In this document: in pieces, positions 11,346 through 23,950 of the stretch | Numbering within the stretch: the stretch's first letter is position 1 | Layout: each line of letters begins with the position of its first letter | Origin: Octopus sinensis | Lineage: Eukaryota | Reading direction: 5' to 3' | DNA: 64,000 nucleotides | Assembly (NCBI RefSeq): GCF_006345805.1 | Contig: NC_043004.1 | Location: 94,302,001-94,366,000 of the forward strand | The notes under the pieces: generated by a model | The model's database searches: none | What the model was told of the DNA's origin: nothing | What the model saw: only the letters and a program-made list of their open reading frames with translations | Made by a program: the position numbers and the translations under genes

Positions 11346-11834
11346 GAATATAACTGCGTCTCCTGTTCATCTTTTTCTATCTAACTTGCCCTTTAGCTAA
11401 CTTTTTAACCACGTAATAAGTATTCCTTCCCCACCGTACGTCGTTATCCCCCCTCTCTCTCCCTCTGCTCTCATTCTTCGCCTCTACCTTCAGCTGACGA
11501 CGTGACCATTTGGCTTAAGTGTATTAATATTAATCATCTTCCTCTGCTTCTTCCTCTGCTTCTTTCTTCACTCCTCCCTCTCCCTCTATCTCTCACTCTA
11601 CCTCCGCAACTAACTAATGTATAACGGACGAACGAACAAACAGATTACATAGACATAGCATACTAGATATACCGAAACATTACACGCACATATGCACGCA
11701 GCTACTTCACTGCATGGTCACTTCGACACCTGCATTAAGAGACTAAGTTTAGCAGCATTCTTAGCACATGTGTTTACTCTAAAATATATGTACACATGTA
11801 CGCACACATATCACATATGTATGCATAATATATA

Positions 11835-11870
<36 letters not shown>
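10942..11870 (-). mobile_element. Probable non-autonomous Helitron (3' end defined, 5' end uncertain)
   Basis: On the minus strand the hairpin GTGGAA-T-TTCCAC is followed 8 nt later by CTAG|T at 10945-10941. It has an internal (CT)n tract and ends in a (TA)n tract. The right boundary is a guess. Confidence 0.55.
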
Positions 11871-11875
<5 letters not shown>

Positions 11876-12001
11876 TTCAGCAAAAATTTAGATTCGAATG
11901 AATATGGTACTTAATTTAGATGCACCAGAATTTTGTATGGTGTTATCCATAAAAATTTGTGGGGTGATTATAATCAAAATAAGCAACAAGAATGACTCCG
12001 G

Positions 12002-12096
12002 TAATTTGGTACAATCGTTTCGTACTATATCATTTTTATTAAATGTTGTAAGTATTACAACAGATTTAAGATGCTGAGTACTCATCAGCCAATTAT
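12002..12096 (-). ncRNA. Type I hammerhead ribozyme motif (canonical core, long stem II)
   Basis: The minus strand reads aattgg-CTGATGA-GTACT...TTAAAtcTGTTGTAA-tac-TTACAACATTTAA...AGTAC-GAAA-CGATTG-TA|ccaaatt. Stem III ACGATTGT is palindromic with one G.U. Predicted cleavage is after GUA, between 12010 and 12009. Confidence 0.8.
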
Positions 12097-12268
12097 AGAG
12101 GTTTTCCATTAATACAGTTTAGGAACAGCCATATCTTGGTCAGTCAGCGGAAGGACTTCACCACCTCATATGTTCTTAAAATTTAAATCTATATCTTTGT
12201 CTGTATATCTACCTTCTCTATAATGTTGCCACTTGATTTGAAAACTTTTGTATTAATAGAAAACCTCT

Positions 12269-12362
12269 ATAATTGGCTGATGAGTACTCAGCATCTTAAA
12301 TCTGTTCTAATACTTACAACATTTAATAAAATGATGTAGTACGAAACGATCGTACCAAATTA
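12269..12362 (+). ncRNA. Type I hammerhead ribozyme motif (canonical core, long stem II)
   Basis: CTGATGA 12277-83, GTAC 12284-87 pairing with GTAC 12339-42, GAAA 12343-46, palindromic stem III ACGATCGT 12346-53, H17=A12354. Stem I ttgg/ccaa extends through a bulge. Confidence 0.85.
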
Positions 12363-12415
12363 CCGGAGTCATTCTTGTTGCTTATTTTGATTATATATAT
12401 ATATATATATATATA

Positions 12416-12721
12416 GGAGCACTCCATCGGTTACGACGACAAGGGTCCCAGGTGATAAGATCAACGGAACAGCTTGCTCGTGCGATTAACTTGCAAGTGG
12501 CTGAGCACTCCACAGACACGGGTACCTTTCACGTAGTTCTCAGGAAAATTTCAGCGTGACACAGAGTGTGACAAGACTGGCCCTTTGAAATACAGGTACT
12601 ACTCATTTTTGAGTGAACTGGAGCAACGTGAAATAAAGTGTCTTGCTCAAAGACAACGTGTTGCCAGGAATTGAACTTACGATCGTGAGCCGAATGCCCC
12701 TAATCACTAAGCCACGTGCCT

Positions 12722-12725
<4 letters not shown>
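12416..12725 (-). mobile_element. SINE family D head + tail T1, embedded between (TA)n tracts
   Basis: Matches 49511-49837. (TA)n lies on both sides (12391-12415 and 12726-12777). Confidence 0.85.
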
Positions 12726-12777
<52 letters not shown>

Positions 12778-12778
<1 letters not shown>

Positions 12779-12987
12779 TCTTTTTACTCTTTTACTTGTT
12801 TCAGTCATTTGACTGCGGCCATGCTGGAGCACCGCCTTTAGTCGAGCAAATCGACCCCGGGACTTATTCTTTGTAAGCCCAGTACTTATTCTATCAGTCT
12901 CTTTTGCCGAACCGCTAAGTGACGGGGACGTAAACACACCAGCATCGGTTGTCAAGCAATGCTAGTGGGACAAACACAGACACACAA

Positions 12988-13018
<31 letters not shown>

Positions 13019-13184
13019 CATATATACGACAGGCTTCTTTCAGTTTCCGTCTACCAAACCCACTCACAAGGCTTTGGTTGAAGGCTTTAGCAGAAGACAC
13101 TTGCCCAAGATGTCACGCAGTGGGACTGAACCCGGAACCATGTGGTTGTTTAGCAAGCTATTTACCACACAGCCACTCCTGCGC
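12778..13184 (-). mobile_element. SINE family C, full length
   Basis: The minus-strand head gcgcaggagtggctgtgtggtaaatagc...ggttccgggttcagtccc and tail ...gaaacaagtaaaagagtaaaaagag match the other family C copies. Confidence 0.9.
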
Positions 13185-13492
13185 AAACTCATACAAACAC
13201 ACACGAATATGTAGGACGGGATGGCAAAATTTCTTTCAAATCATATCCACTGCCTTAAAAAAGGACTAAGATTTAATATAACATTAACGAATCCAAAGCA
13301 AGTGCAGCTCATTTCATTAAAGGTTATCCTCAGAATAAGCAGTATGTAAAAGATATAGCTTACGTACTTTCTAGCTGCGCTTTTGGGTTTTTATTTATCC
13401 ATTTAGTTACCTATTCTTTTCCATGGTCCCCTGAAGAGCAATTTCCTTCAGTCACCTACGTGTTTAACCTGTTCCTTTTAAAAGTGTAGTAA

Positions 13493-13735
13493 TTATACAT
13501 TAAGGAGTGGAACGTGGAATTTTCTGTAATTCAGGCCGCCTTGTGGTCCCAGCAGACAAAATGGAAAAGGCGTTTCCCCAGAGGATGCGACAAAGATATG
13601 CTGGAACAGCCACTCTGACTCATAGGGCTCGGTGAGCAGGGATATGGTCCGGGGACCGATAAAGCCGGAGATTTCCACAGTCACAAGCTCGACTATAATC
13701 CTGTCAGAGAGCAACCGATACCTTGACAGTTTGAA
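13493..13735 (-). mobile_element. 3' fragment of an RLE-type (CRE-like) non-LTR retrotransposon
   Basis: The minus strand translates RYRLLSDRIIVELVTVEISGFIGPRT..ESEWLFQHIFVA and, after a frameshift, ILWGNAFSILSAG. This resembles the KY..F.PVAVET.G..GP...WL.QRIS.A..RGNA C-terminus of CRE-clade endonucleases (recalled pattern, not searched). Confidence 0.65.
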
Positions 13736-15029
13736 GACATTGAAAGTCAGAAGTACTAAACCGCTTTAAACATTCACATGCATAACTAAAATATAATGTA
13801 TCAGACAGATACGATTCAATACATTTTGTGCTTTCAAAACCAAACTCGAATTTTCATAAGATTTTAATGTAAATTAGAATAGACGTTATAGTCAGTAAGT
13901 TGAGAAACAAACAGGACTACAGAAGACACTGAACTACGTCATTCCCACGTGACCGTATTGCTGATATTACTACATAATATCTACCATTCCTTTTGTTTTA
14001 ATGTGTTGTTGTTCTTTCATTGAACATGCTTCTTTGTCTCAAATTGCTACTTATAATGTCTTTTACTGACACACGACTATATTTCTAAGGGACCAACCAG
14101 TTCATATGCTAGAAATATTAAGGACTTGTTAGTTTTCGCTCAAGATGACACGTTTAAAGGGGTTACCAATACTTGACGTCTATTTCACTTATGGTCTTTT
14201 GTAAAACTTGAAGTAAATAACTATTCTTGCCGCCGGCCTACAATATTAACGATTCTTTCTAATTTTGGCACAAAGCCAGCGACTTCGAGAGGAGAGACAA
14301 CTTGATTAGATTGATTCCAGTATATGACTGGTACTATATTTTGTCGAAACATGAAAGGCAAAGTTGACCTTTTGAACTCATAACGTGAAGAATCTCAAGA
14401 CATATCGCTAAGCATGTTTTTCCGACACAGCCAGATTGTTACCTTAATAATAGCAATGGTGCTAGTGATGATGATGATGATTTCTGACACAGGTTCAATG
14501 GGGAAGGTTTTAGACGAGGGAACATTTGTAGATATGACTGGTACTCTTTTTATGAAAGGAAAAAAATGGAGCTAAAAGATAAAGTCAGTGGAGTTTGGAA
14601 CTGGTAAAACGAGGGACAGAATGCCTTGCGGTTATTCGCTATGTCCCTTTACATTTGGAATTCAAATAACCCTGAAGTCTGCTCTGCTCTTCATTCTTCT
14701 GTGACGGGGTGCGGTCAATAAAATAATATTAATCAAATACAGTGATTAAATTATTCAACTTTCTCCTCCTCCCCCTCCTCCTCACCACCATCACTACCAC
14801 CAATCTTGCGCCTGTGTTAAATTCTTGTTATTCCTTTTATTTCAAAACTGGTGCAGTATTTGATTAAATGGAAATACGGTGAAGTTGGAAGCGTGTAATT
14901 TAGTTGAATCTCTAATTTACTTTTGGACATCAAATCCTGCTGGGGTTGACTTTGTCTCTGATTCCTTCGGGGACGATAAAACAAAAGCCGGTACTAAACA
15001 AGGACTTATTAAGCTCAGTTCAAATATTT

Positions 15030-15230
15030 TCAAATTTTGGCACAAGGCCAGTAAGGTCGGGGGAAGGTGTAAGTCGATTAAATCGACTCCAGTGTTCAAC
15101 TGGTATTTATGTTATCGATTCCAAAAGGATGAAAGACAAAGTCATCCTCGGAGGAATTTGAACTCAGAACGTAAAGACGGACGAAATAGCGCTAAGCATT
15201 TTCACTGACGTTGCTAACGATTCTGCCAGA
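15030..15230 (-). mobile_element. SINE family A
   Basis: caaattttggcacaaggcc...ggaatttgaactcagaacgtaaagacggacgaaatagcgctaagcattt...ctgccag. Confidence 0.8.
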
Positions 15231-15439
15231 TCTTGTCACAAACATTCATTATTTTTTGTAAGTCAGGTATTATTTGATGGAAAAGGCTGAGAGCTCTCCT
15301 TTTCTGTTTGAAAAGAAATGGAAGATTTTCTTTATATTCTCAAAGAATGATGTAAGCCTAAACCGCAAAAATTCATTGCTTGTCATATCACATGAACTTA
15401 ATCTATGAATTTCATTTCATTTCTCTTTTTTATTTACAG

Positions 15440-15490
15440 ATGCAGATCATCACTAAGATTTTTTTTTGTGATACAATGAGAAAATCTTGG
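15440..15490 (+). other. Candidate small upstream exon of the zinc-finger gene
   Basis: A strong pyrimidine tract plus CAG ends at 15439. The donor G|GTAAAA at 15491 is weak. Signal-based only. Confidence 0.25.
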
Positions 15491-15729
15491 GTAAAATAAG
15501 CAGAATATATTTGACTTCAATGTGATAAATATGTATCCAAGGAATGGGTTTTGGGTGAGGCTACGCCACTGATAATTATAAATCAGTTGATATAGAATGA
15601 GTTTCAGAAACTCAAGTCAAAATAAAGATGTCAGCTATTTTTTTTTATTCTAAAACAAATACATTTACCATCAAAATTCTAAAAAAAAAATTATGTTAAT
15701 TTATATTTTTTTCTAATTTTGCATTTCTA

Positions 15730-16055
15730 ATATTGGTTTCAAATTTTGGCACAAGGTCGGCAAATTTTGGAACGTAGGTAAGTCGATATCATCGACCCTA
15801 GTGTTCAGTGGTACTTATTTTATCGACCTCGGAATGATGAAAGGCAAAGTGGACCTCGAATTTCTATCTAATATCAATAAATCATAAGGCGGTGAATCGT
15901 CTTTACATCCTGAGTTCAAATTCTACCAAGGTCGACTTTGCCTTTCATCCTTTCGAGGTCGACAAAACAAGTATCATTTGAACACTGGGATTGAAGTGAT
16001 AGACTTAACCCCCTCCCCCGAAATAGCTGGCCTTGCGCCAAAAAATTTGAAAGTA
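15730..16055. mobile_element. Inverted pair of headless SINE family A bodies
   Basis: A minus-strand copy at ~15730-15870 and a plus-strand copy at ~15886-16055 have outward-facing tails (aatattggtttcaaattttggcacaagg / ggccttgcgccaaaaaatttgaaagtaatatt). Confidence 0.75.
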
Positions 16056-16356
16056 ATATTAATAAAACGTGGTTGCAACATTAGCAGTTATTTTTAGTAA
16101 TGAATTTCATTTGAACACCACCGAAATGTAATTTCGTAAAATAAAATATTGCATGTTTATTGTGATAAAAAAATGTTAATTCATTCAATATATATGTTGT
16201 TTTTTTTAACAATATTTTGGTTAAACTGCTTAACTAATTTGTAAAATAACGCTTCGCCTTTTCTTAAATTCATTAAATCAGTTAGAACGTCTGATGACTC
16301 AATGTGGATATGTGGTCTTTATTCAAATTAACTCGTTCCTTTTAAAATAAAGCTGT

Positions 16357-16365
16357 CGCCATCTT
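16357..16365 (+). promoter_or_regulatory. YY1-like motif CGCCATCTT
   Basis: Matches the YY1 consensus in a SINE-free stretch next to a candidate exon. A TGACTCA lies ~60 bp upstream. A short motif, so a chance match is possible. Confidence 0.3.
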
Positions 16366-16390
16366 GTTGACTTTTTTTTTGTTTCCAAAG

Positions 16391-16447
16391 ACATGCTGAA
16401 ATCTTCTGACGGGAGATTGCATAAATGAAGTTCGAATCTTCGCTCCA
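16391..16447 (+). other. Candidate 57-nt 5'-UTR exon
   Basis: Acceptor ttttttttgtttccaaag|16391 and consensus donor |GTGAGT at 16448. Stops occur in all three frames. Confidence 0.3.
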
Positions 16448-18574
16448 GTGAGTTTTAAAATATTTTGTTTTTACGTTTCTTCTTCGCAGTGATTTTTAAA
16501 GTATTTTATTACATAGTCTCCAGTAAACAACGTTAGAAGAGTTTGAAATATAAACTGAATTGTTCTGGTTTTTCTTTTTTTGCTTTTGCTAACGCACGTT
16601 GCCTCAAGAATTAGCGAGGTAATATTCTTCAATAATACCTTCAAAGTGTGTTGAACTTTACTTTTGTATTTATGAATTATTTTTAACATTTAATATTGAT
16701 ATTCTGTCAAAGATTTTTTTCTCCGTAACAATAATTAGTTTTTTTTCTTCGTTTTAAGAACAATACCAAACTTTATAGAAGTGTATCGCTGTACTTTTGG
16801 CAAGTTAAGTTCGTACTGAACAAACGAATGGAAATAAGTTTTCATACCAGAGAGACTTAGTGTACAATCTTGATATTAATATTTTTATAAGAACAATATT
16901 TCTTTTTTAGTTTAACGAACTTAATACGCTAGATAAACAATGGTGTTCACAAGCATACATAACCTGATGTCCCAGGGTATTATTGCTCTGGATATTCCTC
17001 GTACTAAAAATGATAGCGTACACAAATTTAATATTCTAAACACTTGTCTCAAGGCGGTTATACAAAGTGTGTCAATACAATTACGAGCTTTTTATTTAAA
17101 TCTTGAGTCCACATGTTCTTCAACCTGTCAGACCTTCCACTGGCTATCAAGTCATGTTTTACACATTGAAGTTTGTTTCATTTAACTAGTAAACTTTAAT
17201 AACAATTTTAATATTTCTTAAGTCATACATACATTTGTGTTGGAGTATTTTCTAGTTATATTCATCACAGCTAAGGCAGGAGTACAATCTTTAATATCTG
17301 ATTAACTTTTGTCCGCTGAATTTAGATTATTTCTAATCCTTTGTTAGAGTAGTTTGAATTTAATCTGCTACAGTTTATTCTGAGCTAGTGTATAGTCAAC
17401 CTAATCAACACGCACTTCACAGTATATTACTGGTATTTTATCGTTACCGTTTATATTTGATGCCAAAGTGTGGTGCAGCGGAAACAAATACCTGTTTCTT
17501 TATTACCCACGAGGGTCTAAACAAGGACAGACAAAGGGATTGTCGATTACAACGACCCTAGTGCGTAACTGGTATTTAATCTATCGACCCCGAAAGGATG
17601 AAAGCCAAAGCCGACCTTTAAGATCCTTCAGTTATCAAGTTTCTTATTTCTTACGTTTATAACCGAGAAATTTATTTTCGAAGCAGAAGCTGTATAATAT
17701 TACACTTAAGTCTTTAGATTAAACCCGATGGAGTAGATTTAGCTAACAATCAAAGGAGATTCCAACTGTGACCTTCTCGTATTTTTCTGCCAGTGTATAT
17801 CCAAGATTATATAATCCAATACGCTTTACTTTTTTTTTTAAATTAAAAATTGTGATTTCAAAGTCATTTGGCTGTTATTTCTAGCAGACTATTTTGCTGG
17901 CGCTTGAGACCCGATATCTCCATTTGTTGTTCTCCAAGGCACAGTCGTGTGCAAGTATATTTTATGTAAGGGAGACAAGCGTACGTGTCTTCTCTTCACG
18001 TAACTAATGACGTCCAATGGGGAGGAAAGGACTGATACAGTTTTTTTAGCAGAATCGTCACCGTTGTTGCTGCCCGAACGCCAATCACAGGAACAGTAAC
18101 CCAACGCTCTAACAATTCGTCCATCTTGTAAGGGAAGTGAGGCGGGTGCTTTATCAGCTCCGTAAAGATATAGACCCAAAGTAACTTCGACGGGATTTGA
18201 TCTTAGCGCATAGGGAACCGGAGCAAATATCACAGGTCATTTTATTCGATGCTCTACTGATTCTACTAATCCTCCACTTTACTAAATATACTAAAACAGG
18301 AGAAAAAGATGGGATGTTCATAGCCGGAATATATTTTATAATAGTTTGTCTATCAATTAACTACCTATATTTATAATGATATGCAATTGTTATTATTAAT
18401 TATAATTAATATCTATAATGAATTGCTACCAGATCTCACATTCGCAGGGTTAGGTACAGTCAGGTGAATTGATCCCAAATATACAACTGATATTAACGTA
18501 ATCAACCATTATGTTTACGTGGAAACCCCAACGTGGTCACCTGACGTTAAAAGAGCATGTAGAAAGCAGTCTTG

Positions 18575-19425
18575 GATGGCAAGCTGGCAGAAACGTTAGC
18601 ACGCCGGGCGAAATGCTTAGCAGTATTTCGTCTGCCGTTACGTTCTGAGTTCAAATTCCTTCGAGGTCGACTTTGCCTTTCATCCTTTCGGGGTCGATAA
18701 ATTAAGTATCAATTACGCACTGGGGTCGATGTAATCGACTTAATCCGTATGTCTGTCCTTGTTTGTTCCTTCTGTGTTTAGCCCCTTGTGGGTAGTAAAG
18801 AAATAGATATTAAAATGATGGCGCGAGTGTATATTTGGAAAACTTTTCTCTATAGCCTTGCTTCATCAAAGCTAAAAAAAACGCAATCGATTTCTCAGAA
18901 ATAATTCTTTTTGTTATAGGCACAAGGACTGAAATTTGTGGGGAAGGAGATAACCGATTACCTCGACCCTAGTACTCGACTAGTACTTATTCTATCGACT
19001 CCAAAGGACGAAAGCCAAAGTCGACCTCGGCAGAATTTGAACTCGGAACGTAAAGAAGGACGAACTGCTGCTAAGCATTTCGCCTGCTTACCACTTTCAC
19101 TGCTTTTACTAATATTGGTTTAAATTTTAGCACAAGGCCAACAATGTCGGGTGAGGGCGGGGCATAAGTTGATCACATCGATCTCAGTGCTCGGCTGGTA
19201 CTTATTTAATCGAACCCCGAAGTACCAGTTACGCACTGGGGTCGATATAATCGACTTAATCCGTTTGTCTGTCCTTGTTTGTCCTCTCTGTGTTTAGCCC
19301 TTTGTGGGCAGTAAAGAAATAGGTATTTCGTCTCTCTTTGCGTCCTGAGTTCAAATTCCTCCGAGGTCGACTTTGCCTTTTATCCTTTCGGGGTCGATAA
19401 CTTAATTATAATTTATAACACCATT
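18575..19425. mobile_element. Cluster of SINE family A copies in mixed orientation
   Basis: + copy at ~18575-18810, - copies at ~18905-19090 and ~19110-19220, + dimer fragment at ~19220-19425. Confidence 0.8.
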
Positions 19426-20126
19426 GCAAGTATGCAGACTGTGAGAGAGGGTATTGTTGATTGACACCATCATTTGTTTTAGGTTTTTTTTACCTGTTTT
19501 GCGGACCTTGGAAAGATGAAATATCAAAGTCAAATTCGCCGGGGAATTTAATTCAAAGCAGATACGGGGGACATGACTAAATAGAATGATGCATTTGGTC
19601 CTTATTCAACCGATCTATTCCATCGCGTGATAAAGATTTCTCACGTTGATATTAATGCATACATTTCTGACAGAACTGTATAGTCGATTTGTTGCACAAT
19701 CTATCTATCGACCCCCGAGTGATAAGAAGTCGAATCCAGCGGCGTTTCAACTGAGAGCATAAACTAGAACGAAACTAAATACTGTCAGGCGACAACTCCA
19801 CCTAAAAAAATAGTAATAATAATAATCGCTACATCAACTATGCGATTGTATTTCAGTGAGGAATTAAAAGATTTCTATGCACATTGATAACATTCTAGTC
19901 TTAGCTCAACCCACGTTCAGTAAATTTATGGTCAAAGGTGGTCAAAACGTTGGTAATACGCTGTGGTAGGGAGACTCTATCGTGGACATCTGTATGTGTA
20001 TATCTTCGGGTGGTAATGTGGAAATGCTAGAAATAGCAACCAAATCTCTCTTCTCCCAACTGAAAAGAAAAAAAAAACACCTTACTGTCTTAGAAAAGGA
20101 TTCATTGAATAATATTCAGGAGAAGG

Positions 20127-20510
20127 ATGGCGGCGAGTTGGCACGCCGGGTGAAATGAGTAGCCGTATTTCGTCTGCCGTTACGTTCTGAGTTCAAATTT
20201 CGCCGAAGTTGACTTTGCCTTTCATCCTTTCGGGGTCGATTAAATAAGTACCAGTTACGCACTGGGGATCGATATAATCGACTTAATCCGTTTGTCTGTC
20301 CTTGTTTGTCCTCTCTGTGTTTAGCCCCTTGTGGGTAGTAAAGAAATAGGCATTTCGTCTCTCTTTACGTCCTGAGTTCAAATTCCTCCGAGGTCGACTT
20401 TGCCTTTTATCCTTTCGGGGTCAATAACTTAAGTACCCGTTGCGTACTGGGGTCGATCTAATCGACTAGCCTCCTCCCAAAAGATATTGGGTCTTGTACC
20501 AAGAGTAGAA
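20127..20510 (+). mobile_element. SINE family A dimer inserted in repeat E
   Basis: One head and two body units with different tails. Imperfect TSD aatattc[a/t]ggagaagg / aatattctagagaaagg. Repeat E halves lie on both sides. Confidence 0.85.
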
Positions 20511-21428
20511 AAGAATATTCTAGAGAAAGGTGAGATACTCATGGCTGGAACGCTTTTGACCATAGATTTGCTACATCAGATCTGGCCTGTAACTAAACCA
20601 CGACATTAGTTTAATCAGCTTCGTGGGAATGAAACGTGAGTTGACCCAGTAAATTTTTCGCCGAGAACATAGAGACTAAAAACTACAAGGCATCTAATGA
20701 AGTGTAAAAACTCAACAGTCATGGCTGTGTAAATAGGAAGTTGGTTTTGCAACTTCGGGATTTCGGGTTCGATCCGACTGCTCTGCTTTATAACATCGGG
20801 TTGACTATTAGCTCAACCCACGGTAAAATTTTGCAGATGGAAACGGTCGGAGAGTGTGTCTCGTGGATTGTTCTTGATCTTAGGTAGTAGTCTTAACATT
20901 TTGCTTAGTTTTAACAATTTGTTTCAAACATTTTTCCCCGCCCTGGAAAAGGTCATGGACGTTGTCGCCCTGTTTGACTAAACCATTAAAAAAAAATCCG
21001 GAAGTCCTTCATGATATATTAGTGCCCATTTTCATCTCGACTACTGAAATATCTTAAGCCAGTTCTGCAATCTAACAGAACACACGTCAGCTAATGCCAC
21101 TTCTGTCTAGTTGGGAATGAATTTTACCCCACTATATTATACTTTCAGATATTTAGTGTCGGGTATTTGAGAGTTAGAAGTCTTTTTAAGAATATTTAGA
21201 ACTAGACTGCAGGGATTTATTTTAGCTGCGACTTTTATGGACATATTTTAATTTTTCATCGTTATATAATTTCTTTGCCTTGCAATATTTGTTCCATCTC
21301 TCTGCGTTCTAATTTCAAATCCTGATGAGGTCTGTTTTACCATTCATCGTTTTGAGGTCGATAAAATACAATAGCAAGTCTAGGACGATAGTTCGGAATT
21401 GTCAGTAGGTCTGACTTAATTCACTCAC

Positions 21429-21746
21429 GGCACATGGTTTAATGGCTAGCGGTATTCGACTCACGACCGTAAGGTCGGGAGTTCGATTCCCAGAAGCGCG
21501 GTGTATCCTTGGGCAAGTGTATGTCCTTCACGTTGCTCCAGCTCACTCACTTGGTAAAAATACGTAGTACCTGTATTTCAAAGGACCAGCCTTGTCACTG
21601 TCTGTGTTATGCTAAATCTTTCTGAGAAGTATATTATGGGTACGCGTATCTGTGGAATGCGCAACCACTTGCTCGTTAATTTTACGAGCAGGCTATTCCA
21701 TTGATCGGATCCAATAGAATCCTTATCGTCGTAACCGATGGAGTAC
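21429..21746 (+). mobile_element. SINE family D head + tail T1, diverged
   Basis: ggcacatggtttaatggctag...gggagttcgattccc...ccttgggcaag...gtacctgtatttcaaagg...gtcgtaaccgatggagt. Confidence 0.8.
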
Positions 21747-22577
21747 CAGTTTTTGTTTTTTTTATTTGAAGATAAGCTCTTCTTTTTCTCACCAGCCCCG
21801 TAGCCCTTAAAAAATAAAAGATCAAGGGTAAATTGCCCTAATCTTTCTGACAAGTGATAAGTTCAGATCTCACAGGATTCGGTTTATCGCTTCAGTATTG
21901 ATTAAAATCCGCAACAGAAATATACTTGGGTCGATTAAAGTGACTGTGTCGAAACTCCGATGCTGTAGTGTCGGAAATAGCAGCAGTAGTAGTAGTGTAA
22001 ACGAAAATATTGACGGTAGTTTTCTAAAGACGAAGGTAATTGTTACTATTGAATTCAACCCTCCGAAATTCACAAAATACACATTCACTCACATATACGT
22101 ACTATATGCATACAAGCAAACATGCGCATATCTACACATGCTCACAGATACACACACACACTCGCCCATACGCATGCAGAAATGCACGCACACAGCCGTA
22201 CACACAGTCATACACCCACATAGTTGCATACGCAATCACGAATTCGTACACATATACAAACACAGATTTTTCAAGTGTTGACATATAATAAGATAGATAT
22301 CTGAGATACGTAATGAAGGAAAACTGCCAACATAAACAGTCCCAGCTGATATAGCAACGTTAATAGAGAATAATGGTTAATAGCGAACAGCATTCATCAA
22401 TATACACGAAACAATATTTAGTGCTACACTAAACAATTATAATTCCAAGTACACAACTGAAATAGCTAAATTGCTAAAAGATAAGGAACGAATCTGAACA
22501 ACTATCATCAGTATGTATAGGGTACATCGCAATAGTACCCCACCAAACAACTAAGGATTATGGATAATCCACAACAT

Positions 22578-22741
22578 ATAGGCGCAGGAGTGGTTGTGTG
22601 GTAAGTAGCTTGCTTACCAACCACATGGTTCCGGGTTCAGTCCCACTGCGTGGCATCTTGGGCAAGTGTCTTCTGCTATAGCCTCGGGCCGACCAATGCC
22701 TTGAGTGGATTTGGTAGACGGAAACTGAAAGAAGCCTGTCG

Positions 22742-22780
<39 letters not shown>

Positions 22781-22986
22781 ATATGTCTGTGTTTGTCCCC
22801 CTAGCATTGCTTGACAACCGATGCTGGTGTGTTTACGTCCCCCTCACTTAGCGGTTCGGCAAAAGAGACCGAAAGAATAAGTACTGGGCTTACAAAGAAT
22901 AAGTACCGGGGTCGATTTGCTCGACTAAATGCGGTTCTCCAGCATGGCCGCAGTCAAATGACTGAAACAAGGAAAAGGAAAAGGAA
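22578..22986 (+). mobile_element. SINE family C, full length
   Basis: Head ggcgcaggagtggttgtgtggtaagtagc, B-box-like ggttcagtccc, internal (TA)n, tail gaaacaaggaaaaggaaaagg. Confidence 0.9.
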
Positions 22987-23557
22987 TGAAAATACTCTTG
23001 TAGAATTGCCTTATTTTCATCATTTTTTTAAAAATCATTAATGACTTCTGAAAAACATACATTGATCATGCCAATGATAGTCTTTTCTAGAAATTATAGT
23101 CTAATTAATACTCATATCGCTACATTAAAAAAGACCACATTGGATTATGTTCTGGGTCCACTGCGCACAAGTAATAGACTTGGTAGGTCACAGCAGGGAT
23201 GGCTTAGATTACGAGTCTGCTCCATTAGGTCTTACAACAGCTAAATAACAGCAACAATCACACAAGAATTTCTAACATAAGCACAGTGCTACACATTTTA
23301 TTCGAGAGAAGGGTTGATTATATTGATCTCGGTATTTAATTATCAACACAGGGACATAAATTTCAAAGTCGACTTCGTTGGGATTTGAACCTAGATTCGT
23401 AAAAATACGTAACTCAATAATTTCTAGGCGTATAATTCCTCGCTTAGCAGTTGCTGGTAATATTCTACACTTGACTGTATCCTTATTCAGCCAATGTTGA
23501 TCGTACACCACTCCAGTCATTTTTGACCATACAGCCATCCTTATATGAGAGAGAGAA

Positions 23558-23950
23558 GTGGAGGCGCAATGGCCCAGTGGTTAGGGCAGCGGACTCGCGG
23601 TCATAGGATCGCGGTTTCGATTCCCAGACCGGGCGTTGTGAGTGTTTATTGAGCGAAAACACCTAAAGCTCCACGAGGCTCCGGCAGGGGATGGTGGTGA
23701 TCCCTGCTGTACTCTTTCACCACAACTTTCTCTCACTCTTACTTCCTGTTTCTGTTGTACCTGTATTTCAAAGGGCCGGCCTTGTCACTCTCTGTGTCAC
23801 GCTGAATATCCCCGAGAACTACGTTAAGGGTACACGTGTCTGTGGAGTGCTCAGCCACTTACACGTTAATTTCACGAGCAGGCTGTTCCGTTGATTCGGA
23901 TCAACCGGAACCCTCGTCGTCGTAACCGACGGAGTGCTTCCAAAAAAAAA
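23558..23950 (+). mobile_element. SINE family B head + tail T1 with A-tail
   Basis: A-box at 23570-80, B-box at ~23613-24, poly(A) at 23942-52. Flanked by a ~95-bp direct duplication. Confidence 0.9.

Larger units (their letters stand above)
11969..12395. repeat. Fold-back: 148-bp inverted arms, 132-bp spacer, each arm carrying a hammerhead motif
   Basis: 11969-12116 is the reverse complement of 12249-12395, with only a handful of differences. Confidence 0.95.

Noticed and set aside
23558-23635. tRNA-like heads of the SINEs as true tRNA genes
   Set aside because: A and B boxes are present, but there is no complete cloverleaf or acceptor stem, and each continues into a SINE body with tail and TSD.
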